A stretch of DNA of 64,000 bases from a virus, in IMG/VR virus record IMGVR_UViG_3300012642_000011, positions 160,001 through 224,000 of that record, one strand, 5' to 3'. The position numbers were made by a program, and so were the translations under genes. Below, one piece after another: positions 1 through 8,708 of this stretch (positions are counted from its first letter, which is position 1; each line of letters opens with the position of its first letter). The notes below the pieces were generated by a model. That model was not told the origin of the DNA. It did not search any database and worked only from the letters and a program-made list of their open reading frames with translations.

Positions 1-128
1 GCATTAAATTGATTTTTGACATCGATGTAGATTCTGTTCACTCCTTTGCGAATGACTTTGATCTGATAGACAGGTTGACTGATTTCTTTGAAACGGCATA
101 CTATTACTCTATCGAACAGTTTTTCCAT
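1..128 (-). CDS. hypothetical protein, N-terminal part only; the gene runs off the left edge
   Basis: Minus-strand ATG at 128-126 preceded by AGGAGG; the ORF (MEKLFDRVIVCRFKEISQPVYQIKVIRKGVNRIYIDVKNQFN...) stays open to position 1. Confidence 0.4.
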   Translation of the reverse strand, partial: MEKLFDRVIVCRFKEISQPVYQIKVIRKGVNRIYIDVKNQFN

Positions 129-195
129 CCTCCTAACTGTCGATGTTTTTTCTTATCTTTTTTGATATAATATAATGATACAAGAGGGAGTTGAA

Positions 196-801
196 ATGAT
201 GAGTCAGAGAATGCGTATTGGTGAAGCGTGTGAGTACTTGGGTATTCACCAGCAAACTATGAGAAAATATGTAAAACAGGGAAAAATTCCCTGCTCCTAC
301 AATGACGCAGGACAAAGAATCTTCCTTCTTGAAGACCTCAAAAAATTCATTGGCGAACCCGTATCGCAAGAAAAATACTCCCCAATCTTCTATGTTCGAT
401 CATCAGACGGAGACAAAAAACTCATCCAAAAACAGATCGAACTTCTCACCGAAAAATATGGTGAGCACCCCGTCATCAAAGACACGGGATCAGGACTCAA
501 CGAAAAAAGACAAGGACTACAAAGACTCATAAAACTCGCCAAGAAAAGAGAAATATCCCACATCTACATCACCCACCAAGACCGACTCACCCGATTCGGA
601 TTCACCTACCTACAAGAACTCTTCACAGCATACGGAGTAGAAATCCACACTCTCAACCCAAAGAAAAACAACACACCACACGAAGAACTCATGCAAGACT
701 TCATGAGCCTCATCGCAAGTTTCAGCGGACGCTTCTACAGAATGAGAAGCAAAGAAAACCAAAGAAAACTCCTTGAAAAAGCAGCAAAAGAGGTCGCATG
801 A
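196..801 (+). CDS. tnpA: IS607-type transposase TnpA: MerR-like HTH followed by a serine recombinase catalytic domain
   Basis: N-terminal MerR-type HTH (MRIGEACEYLGIHQQTMRKYV) then a resolvase-like core (YVRSSDGDKK...ITHQDRLTRFG). RBS GAGGGAG lies upstream of ATGATG. The ORF track starts at 175; ATG at 196 is preferred. Confidence 0.8.
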   Translation: MMSQRMRIGEACEYLGIHQQTMRKYVKQGKIPCSYNDAGQRIFLLEDLKKFIGEPVSQEKYSPIFYVRSSDGDKKLIQKQIELLTEKYGEHPVIKDTGSGLNEKRQGLQRLIKLAKKREISHIYITHQDRLTRFGFTYLQELFTAYGVEIHTLNPKKNNTPHEELMQDFMSLIASFSGRFYRMRSKENQRKLLEKAAKEVA

Positions 802-2372
802 AAAACAGCATCTATCGTGGACTCACCCTACCCCTCCAAGAATACTACCGAATTATAAGAGGGAAGAAAAACTCGGAGTACTCACCTGTCAACAATCAAG
901 AAGTCATGGACAAGATCGGTAAAACCATAACGATTGTAAAAGACTGCGTAAAATGGGGGATCAACACCCCACAAAATGCAGAATACTACAAAGCCATCAA
1001 CAGCGGAGCACACCCAGAAACCGGCGAACAATTACCCACTAACCTCAATGAGCAAGCCCGCATTCTCAATCATAAGTACCAAGAATACTTACCGGAAGAA
1101 ATGAAAGGGAAATCCATTGTTGAACGTATGATCGGTCACAATCTTCTCGAACTTGAAAGCGCCTTTGGGAAGAAACTCAAAGCAATACATGGAGAAGAAT
1201 ACATTTCTCAAGGATGGGCGCGAACCATCAATAGCGTACTCCCACAACCCAGCGCAAAAATTAACATTGGTAGCACGAACAATGTCTACTCTTCCCAAAA
1301 AGTCGAGGAAAATAAAATTATTCTCGACATGATCTGCTACGATAACTGGTATCGACTTATTTTTACAATTCCTGAGAATTATCAAAAGACCGACTACAGT
1401 AAGATCTCAAAACCGTTGATTACGCTGAACGATCAAGGCGAGATGAAGTTCTATTTCAGTTTTGAATATGATCGTTATTATCCTGAAATCAGCGATCAGT
1501 ATGTTATTGGTGTTGATGTGGGCGTTGTAAAACCAATTGTTCTTAGCGTTATTGAGATCAAAACTGGAAGAATCGTTGCTTCTCATGAATCAACGCCACT
1601 GATTGATTCTCTGGTTCACGATATCAAGCAGACTCAGGAGCAGATCACGAACCTCTACAAAAAGGTTGAGAAATATATTAAAAATGGCGATTACCCTGCT
1701 TATGATAGAGCAATGACCGAAATCCAGCAGGAGCGTTTGGGATTGTCTCGTAAGAGGAAGGAGATGGCGAAGCGTATTGGTCAGTTTGTATCGGATATTG
1801 CTTGTGCTTGGGGCGATCCTGTGATTGCTGTTGAGGATCTTGGTTGGGTTCGCAATACGATGCAGAATGGTCGTTGGAATCGTGGTGAGATTGTGAATTG
1901 GGTGGAGCATTATGCGAATCTTGACGGGAGACTGTGTTATCGTGTGAATGCTGCTCATACTTCATCCACGTGTTGTCTTTGTGGTAGTAAGGGTTATTTT
2001 TCATCTGGTCGGGTTTTCAATTGTTCTTCTTGCGGTGAGAGAATCGATAGAGATGAAAATGCTGCGGCAAATATTGGCAAAAGAGTGATCAATAGCGCCC
2101 TGAAATCAAGCAAAACGAGAAAGAAAAGAAGGAAAGAAAAATGCATTACTGAACAATCTAAGCGTAGGTCACCAGTGAATAGGGGCGCTAAGAATCGCCC
2201 CACTCCTGTTCGTCCTGCTAAGAAGAAAAAGAAAACAGTTCTGAAAAGACAAGAAAAAGTAAAAGATTTTGGTTCCTGTACTAAGGGTAGTATGGGGTTC
2301 GAGAGAGCAGATTCTTCAAAGAACACCCTCACGGGTAACCACAACAATCTTACCATTACTCAAAAAGAGTAA
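798..2372 (+). CDS. tnpB: TnpB (IS605 OrfB / RuvC-like RNA-guided nuclease family), 524 aa, with a Lys/Arg-rich C-terminal tail
   Basis: RuvC-I IGVDVGVVKP, RuvC-II IAVEDLGW, zinc finger CCLCGS...CSSCGER, RuvC-III DRDENAAANIG. The ~100-aa C-terminal tail is rich in K and R (KKRRKEK...PAKKKKKT). Confidence 0.85.
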   Translation: MKNSIYRGLTLPLQEYYRIIRGKKNSEYSPVNNQEVMDKIGKTITIVKDCVKWGINTPQNAEYYKAINSGAHPETGEQLPTNLNEQARILNHKYQEYLPEEMKGKSIVERMIGHNLLELESAFGKKLKAIHGEEYISQGWARTINSVLPQPSAKINIGSTNNVYSSQKVEENKIILDMICYDNWYRLIFTIPENYQKTDYSKISKPLITLNDQGEMKFYFSFEYDRYYPEISDQYVIGVDVGVVKPIVLSVIEIKTGRIVASHESTPLIDSLVHDIKQTQEQITNLYKKVEKYIKNGDYPAYDRAMTEIQQERLGLSRKRKEMAKRIGQFVSDIACAWGDPVIAVEDLGWVRNTMQNGRWNRGEIVNWVEHYANLDGRLCYRVNAAHTSSTCCLCGSKGYFSSGRVFNCSSCGERIDRDENAAANIGKRVINSALKSSKTRKKRRKEKCITEQSKRRSPVNRGAKNRPTPVRPAKKKKKTVLKRQEKVKDFGSCTKGSMGFERADSSKNTLTGNHNNLTITQKE

Positions 2373-2709
2373 AGAAAAGATTGACCCTATAAGTTTCACC
2401 TTTGGAGAGAATCAAGATGGAAGCCCTGTTCATATTGTGACCACATCTTTCAACACTTATAGTGGTCCTTCTAGGATCAGGAAGAACAATGCGTTTTTCA
2501 ACGTCAATACTGGTGATTCTGATAATGACGATTCCCCTTTGAATCGCAAAGATATCGCTATAGAAGAATTGCTGATCTGGATCAAGCAGGGAAATCACAA
2601 GAAGGCAAAGAATGATTGCACAGAGAATGACTTCAAGATGATCCCGTGGTAATCACACATCTACGTAAGATGCTTCTCAAGAGATTCTTGAACTCAACAG
2701 GGAAGCAAG

Positions 2710-2738
2710 TTGACATGATGGCATACATCTGATATGAT
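2710..2738 (+). promoter_or_regulatory. sigma70-like promoter (TTGACA-N17-TATGAT)
   Basis: TTGACA at 2710-2715, 17-nt spacer, TATGAT at 2733-2738; upstream of a tRNA-like element. Confidence 0.4.
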
Positions 2739-2821
2739 GATGTCATCAACACGTTCAGAACGTATTTGATGTTTGATAACTTAATTGCCGATCTTTCTTA
2801 CACATTATTGTAAGAAACACT

Positions 2822-2897
2822 TAGGGTATGGAATTAATGGTATTTCGTCGTACTCAAGGTTATTACGAAGATACGGGTTCGATTCCCGTTACTCTAT
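2822..2897 (+). ncRNA. tRNA-like element with an aberrant (oversized) anticodon loop
   Basis: 7-bp acceptor TAGGGTA/TACTCTA and a perfect T-arm ACGGG-TTCGATT-CCCGT. The anticodon region folds only with an 11-nt loop or a mismatched stem. Confidence 0.25.
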
Positions 2898-3031
2898 CTC
2901 GTCCCGATGCCTCTGGTCTCTTTGGAGATTATGCACACTTCGTGGTCACTGGTGGCACTTGATCAATGCTGTCAAACCTGATCTATGAGTAGTCATAGGT
3001 TGGACTTCAACTTGTTCATTAGAAGGTATTC

Positions 3032-3060
3032 TTGACATGGTGAAAACTGTGTGGTATACT
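3032..3060 (+). promoter_or_regulatory. near-consensus sigma70 promoter (TTGACA-N17-TATACT, with TG extended -10)
   Basis: TTGACA 3032-3037, 17-nt spacer ending in TGG, TATACT 3055-3060. Drives the tRNA-like and tRNA-Cys genes. Confidence 0.55.
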
Positions 3061-3139
3061 TGATGATGTACAGTGGTTGTCCCGCTCTCCATGTGAGATG
3101 TCGGGCATCTTGGTACCTATGAAAACATGGGTACCACGT

Positions 3140-3219
3140 GCGCTTGCTGAGTAGATGGTTCTGCTGGCGGTCTGCAAAACCGTTGCGAAAGCCGAAGGGG
3201 TTCGATTCTCCCAAGCGCG
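3140..3219 (+). ncRNA. tRNA-like gene, anticodon GCA, long variable region, poorly formed D-arm
   Basis: Acceptor GCGCTTG/CAAGCGC, anticodon arm GCGGT-CTGCAAA-ACCGT, T-loop TTCGATT. The D-stem cannot be drawn cleanly, and a 13-nt variable region is odd for Cys. Confidence 0.3.
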
Positions 3220-3266
3220 TCGAGATTGTAGTACATTGAGTGGTCTTGATGTACTACAATTATAAT

Positions 3267-3340
3267 GGCACTGTGGCTGAATGGTTTTAGGCAACAGATT
3301 GCAAACCTGTTTTATGTGGGTTCAAATCCCATCGGTGCCT
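3267..3340 (+). tRNA. tRNA-Cys (GCA)
   Basis: Acceptor GGCACTG/CGGTGCC, anticodon loop TTGCAAA, T-arm GTGGG-TTCAAAT-CCCAT, 3-bp D-stem as in many tRNA-Cys. It overlaps the annotated start of ORF 3265. Confidence 0.6.
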
Positions 3341-3363
3341 CAAGAATAGAAAAGCGAACAAAG

Positions 3364-3702
3364 GTGATTACAGTGGCTATCTGCTATGCTTGCAAAAGAG
3401 AACTCAAGCCTGAGAATGAAAACATGACTACTGATTATCAGTTCGACAATGCTCTATGGATTGGTCTCTTTGGCGGTTATGGCATGTTCATTGAGTCAAA
3501 GTCATTCAATCAGTACTCTGACAAAGATCATGTAATCAAAGCAGACATGGAAGCAGTGCTATGTCATGATTGCGCTCATGAGGCTTGCGAGAAACTCCCA
3601 TGGCTTGAGAGCCTCATTGACACTCACAACGCTCATTCGCACACGATTGAATATATGAAGGAAAACCCTGACCACTATGGTTGGGATTATGATGAAGATT
3701 GA
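3364..3702 (+). CDS. small zinc-ribbon protein (CxxC...CxxC), hypothetical
   Basis: ORF 3265-3702 overlaps tRNA-Cys at its 5' end, so the true start must be internal (GTG 3364 or ATG MTTDYQ). Motifs CYAC and CHDC are present. Confidence 0.4.
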   Translation: MITVAICYACKRELKPENENMTTDYQFDNALWIGLFGGYGMFIESKSFNQYSDKDHVIKADMEAVLCHDCAHEACEKLPWLESLIDTHNAHSHTIEYMKENPDHYGWDYDED

Positions 3703-3869
3703 TTTTGTCACCCTCGAACAGCACACCCGTCCTTAAGGATTGCTCCACGGTCATTATCATATAGATATCTTGAGAATGTCTTTTGGCATGATGGTATCAT
3801 AAATGAAATGGGATCAATTCTGTACACGGTCTTGCATGTCTAGTCAACTATGGACACAATGATCACATC

Positions 3870-4373
3870 ATGAACAACTTATTGAAAGGTACTTCCATGA
3901 AAGTCATGATCTATACAGGCTACTTTGACTACGAGACCTTTGCGGATGGGAATAATAACATCTTCAAGGACAGGGCAAGAGTCTTTGATATCTCCACTGA
4001 TGAAAAGTTTAGAGCAGCAAAAGTTTTCTTCATCAAGCAGGAACTCCTCCAGTGGGATTACTATTTTGCCTACAGTGACATCAATTTAGATAAGCCTGAG
4101 GAACCTTCATTCACAATGAAAGAGATGAAGGATACTGACTTGGTGGCAGAGAGAACTAAAGAGTATGAACTTGCTATGGAAGAATACGAAGCAAGTCAGA
4201 GAAAGTACCGTGAGCGTGTATCGTTTTTCTCAAGGCTACAAAATGATGATGTGCATGAGAATGATGATCATATCATCGATGAGGTCTTTGACATGATCAT
4301 GGAAAAAGATAAGAATCAGGATTCTCATTACCCTGCAGTGTACTTCAAAGACCTTGAAGATCTGTCACTTTGA
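3870..4373 (+). CDS. hypothetical protein (acidic C-terminus)
   Basis: 167-aa ORF followed directly by a strong terminator. Confidence 0.5.
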   Translation: MNNLLKGTSMKVMIYTGYFDYETFADGNNNIFKDRARVFDISTDEKFRAAKVFFIKQELLQWDYYFAYSDINLDKPEEPSFTMKEMKDTDLVAERTKEYELAMEEYEASQRKYRERVSFFSRLQNDDVHENDDHIIDEVFDMIMEKDKNQDSHYPAVYFKDLEDLSL

Positions 4374-4378
4374 TTACA

Positions 4379-4431
4379 AGAGACCTAGAACGATGTTAAC
4401 AATGTCATCGTTCTAGGTCTCTTGTTTCTTT
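4379..4431 (+). terminator. rho-independent terminator
   Basis: 17-bp perfect stem AGAGACCTAGAACGATG / CATCGTTCTAGGTCTCT followed by TTGTTTCTTT. Confidence 0.75.
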
Positions 4432-4471
4432 AGAGATTATTCTATTGAATAAGAAGTTATGAGGTACCATC

Positions 4472-5536
4472 ATGAAGAAATACCACATCAATCTCAAAGG
4501 TAATGTGATGCCATGCGAGGCTGATGTCAAGCCTTGCAAATTCGGATCTGCAGATCACTTTGAAAGCAAAAAGGCAGCACAACAATCATTTGAAGATGCT
4601 GCAGAGAAAACGCCTTTAAAGAATAGAGAAAAATTCAAAGATCAATCAGATTATTTTGCCTCTATAGCCCAAGATTCCCTTGATTCTGAATATGTGATGG
4701 TAGGAGATAAAAATCGTGATGTTTTGAGTTTCTCATCTGCTGAACTTGCTAAAGGGAACAGTAAGATCGTGGCTGATTATATGAAATGGTATACAGAGCC
4801 ATATGAAGGAGATCATGATGATGACTATGATGACTATACACCTCCTCAAGAACTCTCTGTGACATGCTACAATCCCCGTGGACCACACTTCTCTGACGAT
4901 CACTATGCTAACTACTACATTGATGACAATGGGCAGAAGATCATTGTGGATTATGGATTCTCAGAGTTCGATGAAAATGAGAATCAACCTTATGTTGGTA
5001 CAGAAGATCAGTGGAAACGTGATATCAAGCATCATGCTTACATGGGTTCTGTGTTGTCAGAAAGAACTATAAAACTGCAACGTCGATCAGGTACTCTTCC
5101 TGTATTTCCTGCAGGAGAAAAGAACCCTCTTTTAGATAAGACTGTCTTGGAAGAGCCAGAAGGAAGAAATCCATTCAAGGGTCCAAAGGACAATTATCCT
5201 CACACACGCTTTCTTTCTGTTGATGGCATAAGAGTAGCGGCTGTTCAATATGGTCTTGACGAGGATGGCAAAACACCAAAGATTTGGTCTGCAGAGACAA
5301 GGAAAGAGTACAGAAATCAAGGTTACATGACCAAACTGTATAATATGCTTGCAGAGGATTACAACGTTCCTCATGTGACATCAGGAGGATCATACACTCC
5401 CGATGGTTATGCTTATATGAAGAGATATCACGATGCTCACGGTCAGACAGAGGGGAAAATCAACTTCCCCTACTATCAAGGAGAAAATAAGTTTTCCTTT
5501 ATACACGATTGGGTTGATAGAGGAGAATTTAATTGA
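4472..5536 (+). CDS. hypothetical protein
   Basis: 354-aa ORF; ATG preceded by GAGGTA; no recognisable motif. Confidence 0.5.
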   Translation: MKKYHINLKGNVMPCEADVKPCKFGSADHFESKKAAQQSFEDAAEKTPLKNREKFKDQSDYFASIAQDSLDSEYVMVGDKNRDVLSFSSAELAKGNSKIVADYMKWYTEPYEGDHDDDYDDYTPPQELSVTCYNPRGPHFSDDHYANYYIDDNGQKIIVDYGFSEFDENENQPYVGTEDQWKRDIKHHAYMGSVLSERTIKLQRRSGTLPVFPAGEKNPLLDKTVLEEPEGRNPFKGPKDNYPHTRFLSVDGIRVAAVQYGLDEDGKTPKIWSAETRKEYRNQGYMTKLYNMLAEDYNVPHVTSGGSYTPDGYAYMKRYHDAHGQTEGKINFPYYQGENKFSFIHDWVDRGEFN

Positions 5537-5642
5537 TCATAAGGAAAGTGCTTTGAATTCTTGTAGAGAAAAGGTTGACCCATGATGGCGGATCTGTTAT
5601 CATGGTTATGAGCAAGAACACCACGAGAAAGAAAGGCATCCC

Positions 5643-6035
5643 ATGATTAACACGAAAGTCATGACACGCATCAATGTCCCTATGTTTGCAGGAAGAGATT
5701 GTGTCGAAGGTATTCTCCCAAAGAACATGAATGATGTCTCCATGCCTGTGTACGTTGACTTCCTTAATACTATGGAGGCAAATGAGGCATTCATAGTAGA
5801 GTTGGCTTTTCAGTTGAAGATGGGACTGAATGAGAACATTGATATTGTCACACTTGCAGGAGATGAGCATGGAAAGATGCTCTTGGCCGAAATGGCTAGA
5901 ATCAACGCTAAGAACAAGTTGTCTTCATTGACCCATACGGAGATCACGAGGAAAGAGCATGATCTCGTGATGCAGTCTTTTGAAAACAAGGGGATGGTAT
6001 CAAAGGAAACAACGTCTTCTTCATGGTTGCATTGA
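5643..6035 (+). CDS. hypothetical protein
   Basis: 130-aa ORF. Confidence 0.4.
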   Translation: MINTKVMTRINVPMFAGRDCVEGILPKNMNDVSMPVYVDFLNTMEANEAFIVELAFQLKMGLNENIDIVTLAGDEHGKMLLAEMARINAKNKLSSLTHTEITRKEHDLVMQSFENKGMVSKETTSSSWLH

Positions 6036-6159
6036 TTTTCATAAACTATGCAACCTCCAAGGATCAATATGCTATAGAGTTAATATTGAATTAACTCACT
6101 TAAATAAGCACAAAAGTATGCTCATTAGCCAAAACACAAATATGAGCATACATATCTTC

Positions 6160-6188
6160 TTGACATCCTTAGACTAAGATGATATACT
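6160..6188 (+). promoter_or_regulatory. near-consensus sigma70 promoter (TTGACA-N17-TATACT)
   Basis: TTGACA 6160-6165, 17-nt spacer, TATACT 6183-6188, about 15 nt upstream of tRNA-Val. Confidence 0.55.
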
Positions 6189-6203
6189 TATCATTGCAAC
6201 ATG

Positions 6204-6277
6204 GTCGCATGGCTCAATCTGGTTAGAGCGCTTCCCTGACTCGGAAGAGGTTGTGGGTTCAAATCCCGCTGCGACTA
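6204..6277 (+). tRNA. tRNA-Val (GAC)
   Basis: Acceptor GGTCGCA/TGCGACT (one G-U), D-arm GCTC-AATCTGGTTA-GAGC, anticodon arm CTTCC-CTGACTC-GGAAG, T-arm GTGGG-TTCAAAT-CCCGC. Confidence 0.6.
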
Positions 6278-6377
6278 CTACAGCAAACATGCTGAACAAG
6301 TGTCACGGAGTTAGAATGTGCGCAACGGGTCAGGGGCGGAAGTCAGCATCCCACGCACATAATGGCTGGTGTGATAA

Positions 6378-6415
6378 CCAAGAGACCACTGAAAAGTGGT
6401 CTCTTGTGTTTTGAA
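6378..6415 (+). terminator. rho-independent terminator after tRNA-Val
   Basis: CCAAGAGACCACT-GAAA-AGTGGTCTCTTG followed by TGTTTTGAAT. It lies inside the annotated 5' end of ORF 6396, so that ORF start is wrong. Confidence 0.65.
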
Positions 6416-6548
6416 TCTTTCTTTTCATTCAGTAAACAGAATCATCACCTTCCCGAGATGTGTACAAAAGTATACACCAAAAAGCATAAAACAATGCAGT
6501 TACGTTGATAACATAGTAATGATAAGCAAATACAATAGGAGTATAAAA

Positions 6549-7043
6549 ATGATTTCAACAGGTTTTCTGGATGGATTGAGGGTGTGGATTGATGGATTGG
6601 ACGCGATATTGCAATGGTTAGGGATCTTGTTGATCTCTACCATTCCTTACGTTGAATCATATTTTGGATCATTCATTGGGACAGGTCTTGGCATCAATGT
6701 TTTCATTGCCATCATTTCTGCTATTATTGGAAACATCATCTCCATGCTTGTTTTTGTCTTTTTTGGAGAGAAAATTGGAATGCTAAGAGATGAGTCAAAA
6801 ATCTCTGAGAAGAAGAGAATGAAAAGACAAAAGTTAAGAGATAGGTTCGATAAGTATGGAATTATTGGTGTTTCATTAATGGGTCAAATTTTCTTGCCAA
6901 GTCAGATCACGTCATCTGTCATGGTAGGTTTTGGATTGAACAGAAACAAAGTGATATTCTGGCAAATCATTTCCATTATTCTATGGGGTATTGCTTTTGG
7001 AATCATCGGAATGTTTGCTTTCAGCGGACTTCATTTCAACTAA
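6549..7043 (+). CDS. small integral membrane protein
   Basis: ATG at 6549 preceded by AGGAG; several hydrophobic helices; the upstream part of ORF 6396 overlaps a terminator. Confidence 0.5.
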   Translation: MISTGFLDGLRVWIDGLDAILQWLGILLISTIPYVESYFGSFIGTGLGINVFIAIISAIIGNIISMLVFVFFGEKIGMLRDESKISEKKRMKRQKLRDRFDKYGIIGVSLMGQIFLPSQITSSVMVGFGLNRNKVIFWQIISIILWGIAFGIIGMFAFSGLHFN

Positions 7044-7248
7044 TACGTTATTGTCAATAATGTGGTTAACAAAATATCATTGTTAACCACGTTATCTATT
7101 TTAATAATTATAATAAACATAAAAGATTTAAATAGCATTAGAATACAAATGACAAATCTATTTCCGCTTGACAATTCCGTTGAAGCATGCTATCTTTGAC
7201 ACCATGAGATCATGACAATGAATCATAGACAACTACATAGAGGAACCT

Positions 7249-7297
7249 TGTCTGCAACTCAATTAGGGAAAACAAATGGTTCGATTCCATTTGCAGA
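7249..7297 (+). ncRNA. tRNA-like minihelix (acceptor stem + T-arm only)
   Basis: GTCTGCA-(18 nt)-AATGG-TTCGATT-CCATT-TGCAGAC: a perfect 7-bp acceptor plus canonical T-arm with no D or anticodon arms, ending 4 nt before the candidate RNase P RNA. Confidence 0.35.
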
Positions 7298-7301
7298 CAC
7301 T

Positions 7302-7564
7302 GGAAGCAAGCGCTGGATGCTGTCGCGGTGCATTGGAAACAATGGCTGAGGAACTTCCGAGCTACACAACCTTACCTTGCAGGAGAGGGAAACCTCGTTT
7401 TTACTGGGAAGCCACAACTTAAAAAGCAGAGGCGGCGGGAGTAACAACGCAAACAGAACAGAGAGTGGAGTTGCTCGTTGACGTTCGGGTATGCGGCTTA
7501 GACAGATGACAAGCAGCAATCAAAAGATTGTAACAGAACTCGGGGTATGAGGCGCTTGCTTCCT
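7302..7564 (+). ncRNA. rnpB: candidate reduced RNase P RNA (rnpB-like)
   Basis: 12-bp terminal helix GGAAGCAAGCGC/GCGCTTGCTTCC (P1-like) and a P3-like hairpin CATTG-GAAA-CAATG. GAGGAACTTCCGAGCTAC resembles CR-I GAGGAAAGTCCGGGCTCC, and ACAGAACTCGGGGTA resembles CR-V ACAGAACCCGGCTTA; the two can pair as P4. At 263 nt it is shorter than typical bacterial RNase P RNA. Confidence 0.4.
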
Positions 7565-7727
7565 TCTCTCATAGAATATGATTTTTGGAACAGATAAATT
7601 TATCTGGCATATAAATCAATCTCAATATTGATAACATAGAACACAACGTTATCTCATAGTTGCTTCTGTACGATAACTTAACTATGAGAGTATTCTCTTA
7701 TCAACGATAAACAGAAAGGTGATAATC

Positions 7728-8540
7728 ATGATGCCAAAAAATCTCGTCTTTGTCCGTCATGGCGAATCGGATGGAAACATTGCTGTAGAGAGGTCCAAAG
7801 TAGGAGACTACAGGCACTATACTGACGATTTTGTTAACATTCCCGGTAGCCAATGGCGACTTTCACCCAAGGGAATTGAGCAAGCGCAGACAACAGGCAC
7901 ATGGTTGAAGGATGTCTACAAACAGTTCCATCGACAGATTGTTTCTCCTTATGTGCGAACAAAGGAAACGGCAGGACACCTCGGAATGGGTGGGAACTGG
8001 ATGATGAACCGCGCCGTCCGTGAAAGGGATTGGGGCGACATTGGATCTGTTCTTCGAAAGGACTTCCAGACAGAGTATCCCCGTAACTTTACAATGAAGT
8101 CTATCGACCCATTGTACTGGCGTCCTCCGGGCGGAGAATCCATTGTTGACGTTTCAGAGAACCGAGTCAGAAACCTTCTGGACACTTTGCACAGAGAATG
8201 TGAAGGTGATGATGTCCTTGTTGTTTCTCATGGTGAGTTCATGTGGGCTTCTCGTCTCGTCCTAGAGAGGTGGAGTGATACTGAATTCATCAACAGGGAT
8301 TCTGATAAGAATGAGAAGATCCATAATGCTCAGGCCATCTGCTACACCAGAGTGAATCCGCACACTAATGAACTGGCAAAGCGTTTAGAATGGGTTCGCG
8401 TGGCTACGCCTGTGATCGATGATAACGGAGTGTGGTCAATGAATGTCAGCAAGTGGCAGAAGTTTGGAAGAGAACTCCTCACTGATGAGATGCTTCTTGA
8501 AGAAGTCAACAAGATTCCTCATTCCATTTCTTACGATTGA
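7728..8540 (+). CDS. histidine phosphatase superfamily protein (phosphoglycerate mutase-like)
   Basis: RHGESDGN catalytic motif near the N-terminus; SD AAAGGTG upstream of ATG 7728 (the ORF track start 7719 is GTG). Confidence 0.65.
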   Translation: MMPKNLVFVRHGESDGNIAVERSKVGDYRHYTDDFVNIPGSQWRLSPKGIEQAQTTGTWLKDVYKQFHRQIVSPYVRTKETAGHLGMGGNWMMNRAVRERDWGDIGSVLRKDFQTEYPRNFTMKSIDPLYWRPPGGESIVDVSENRVRNLLDTLHRECEGDDVLVVSHGEFMWASRLVLERWSDTEFINRDSDKNEKIHNAQAICYTRVNPHTNELAKRLEWVRVATPVIDDNGVWSMNVSKWQKFGRELLTDEMLLEEVNKIPHSISYD

Positions 8541-8548
8541 GAATCATC

Positions 8549-8577
8549 TTGACAAAAATGATCTCACCTGTTATCAT
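8549..8577 (+). promoter_or_regulatory. sigma70-like promoter (TTGACA-N17-TATCAT) overlapping an 11-bp-stem hairpin (8562-8602)
   Basis: TTGACA 8549-8554, 17-nt spacer, TATCAT. An inverted repeat CTCACCTGTTA...TAACAGGTGAG overlaps the -10 element. Upstream of tRNA-Thr. Confidence 0.4.
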
Positions 8578-8607
8578 TGTAGTATCACTTGGTAACAGGT
8601 GAGACAT

Positions 8608-8680
8608 GCATCCATAGCTTAGTTGGTAGAGCATTCCTCTCGTAAAGGAAAGGTCGTCGGTTCGATCCCGACTGGATGCC
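8608..8680 (+). tRNA. tRNA-Thr (CGT), CCA encoded at 8681-8683
   Basis: Acceptor GCATCCA/TGGATGC, D-arm GCTT-AGTTGGTA-GAGC, anticodon arm TTCCT-CTCGTAA-AGGAA, T-arm GTCGG-TTCGATC-CCGAC. Confidence 0.75.
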
Positions 8681-8708
8681 CCATATTGATTTCATCAATA
8701 ACACCAAT

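Larger units (their letters stand above)
150..2650 (+). mobile_element. IS607-family insertion sequence (tnpA serine recombinase + tnpB); ends only approximate
   Basis: tnpA and tnpB overlap by ATGA, the usual IS607 layout. The non-coding 3' flank (2373-2650) would hold the right end and the TnpB guide RNA. The family has no terminal inverted repeats, so boundaries are estimates. Confidence 0.5.

Noticed and set aside
2269-2652. 127-aa ORF overlapping the 3' end of tnpB
   Set aside because: Its ATG lies inside tnpB in another frame. The region downstream of tnpB is more plausibly the non-coding IS right end and guide RNA.
3265-3363. N-terminal part of ORF 3265-3702 (MALWLNGFRQQ...)
   Set aside because: The first ~75 nt are the tRNA-Cys gene read as protein. 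Only the downstream zinc-ribbon part (from ~3364) can be coding.
6396-6548. Annotated 5' extension of the membrane-protein ORF
   Set aside because: It overlaps the tRNA-Val terminator hairpin and has no RBS. An internal ATG at 6549 with AGGAG is the credible start.
7259-7519. 86-aa minus-strand ORF
   Set aside because: It lies antisense across the candidate RNase P RNA; there is no RBS; it is structured-RNA-like sequence.
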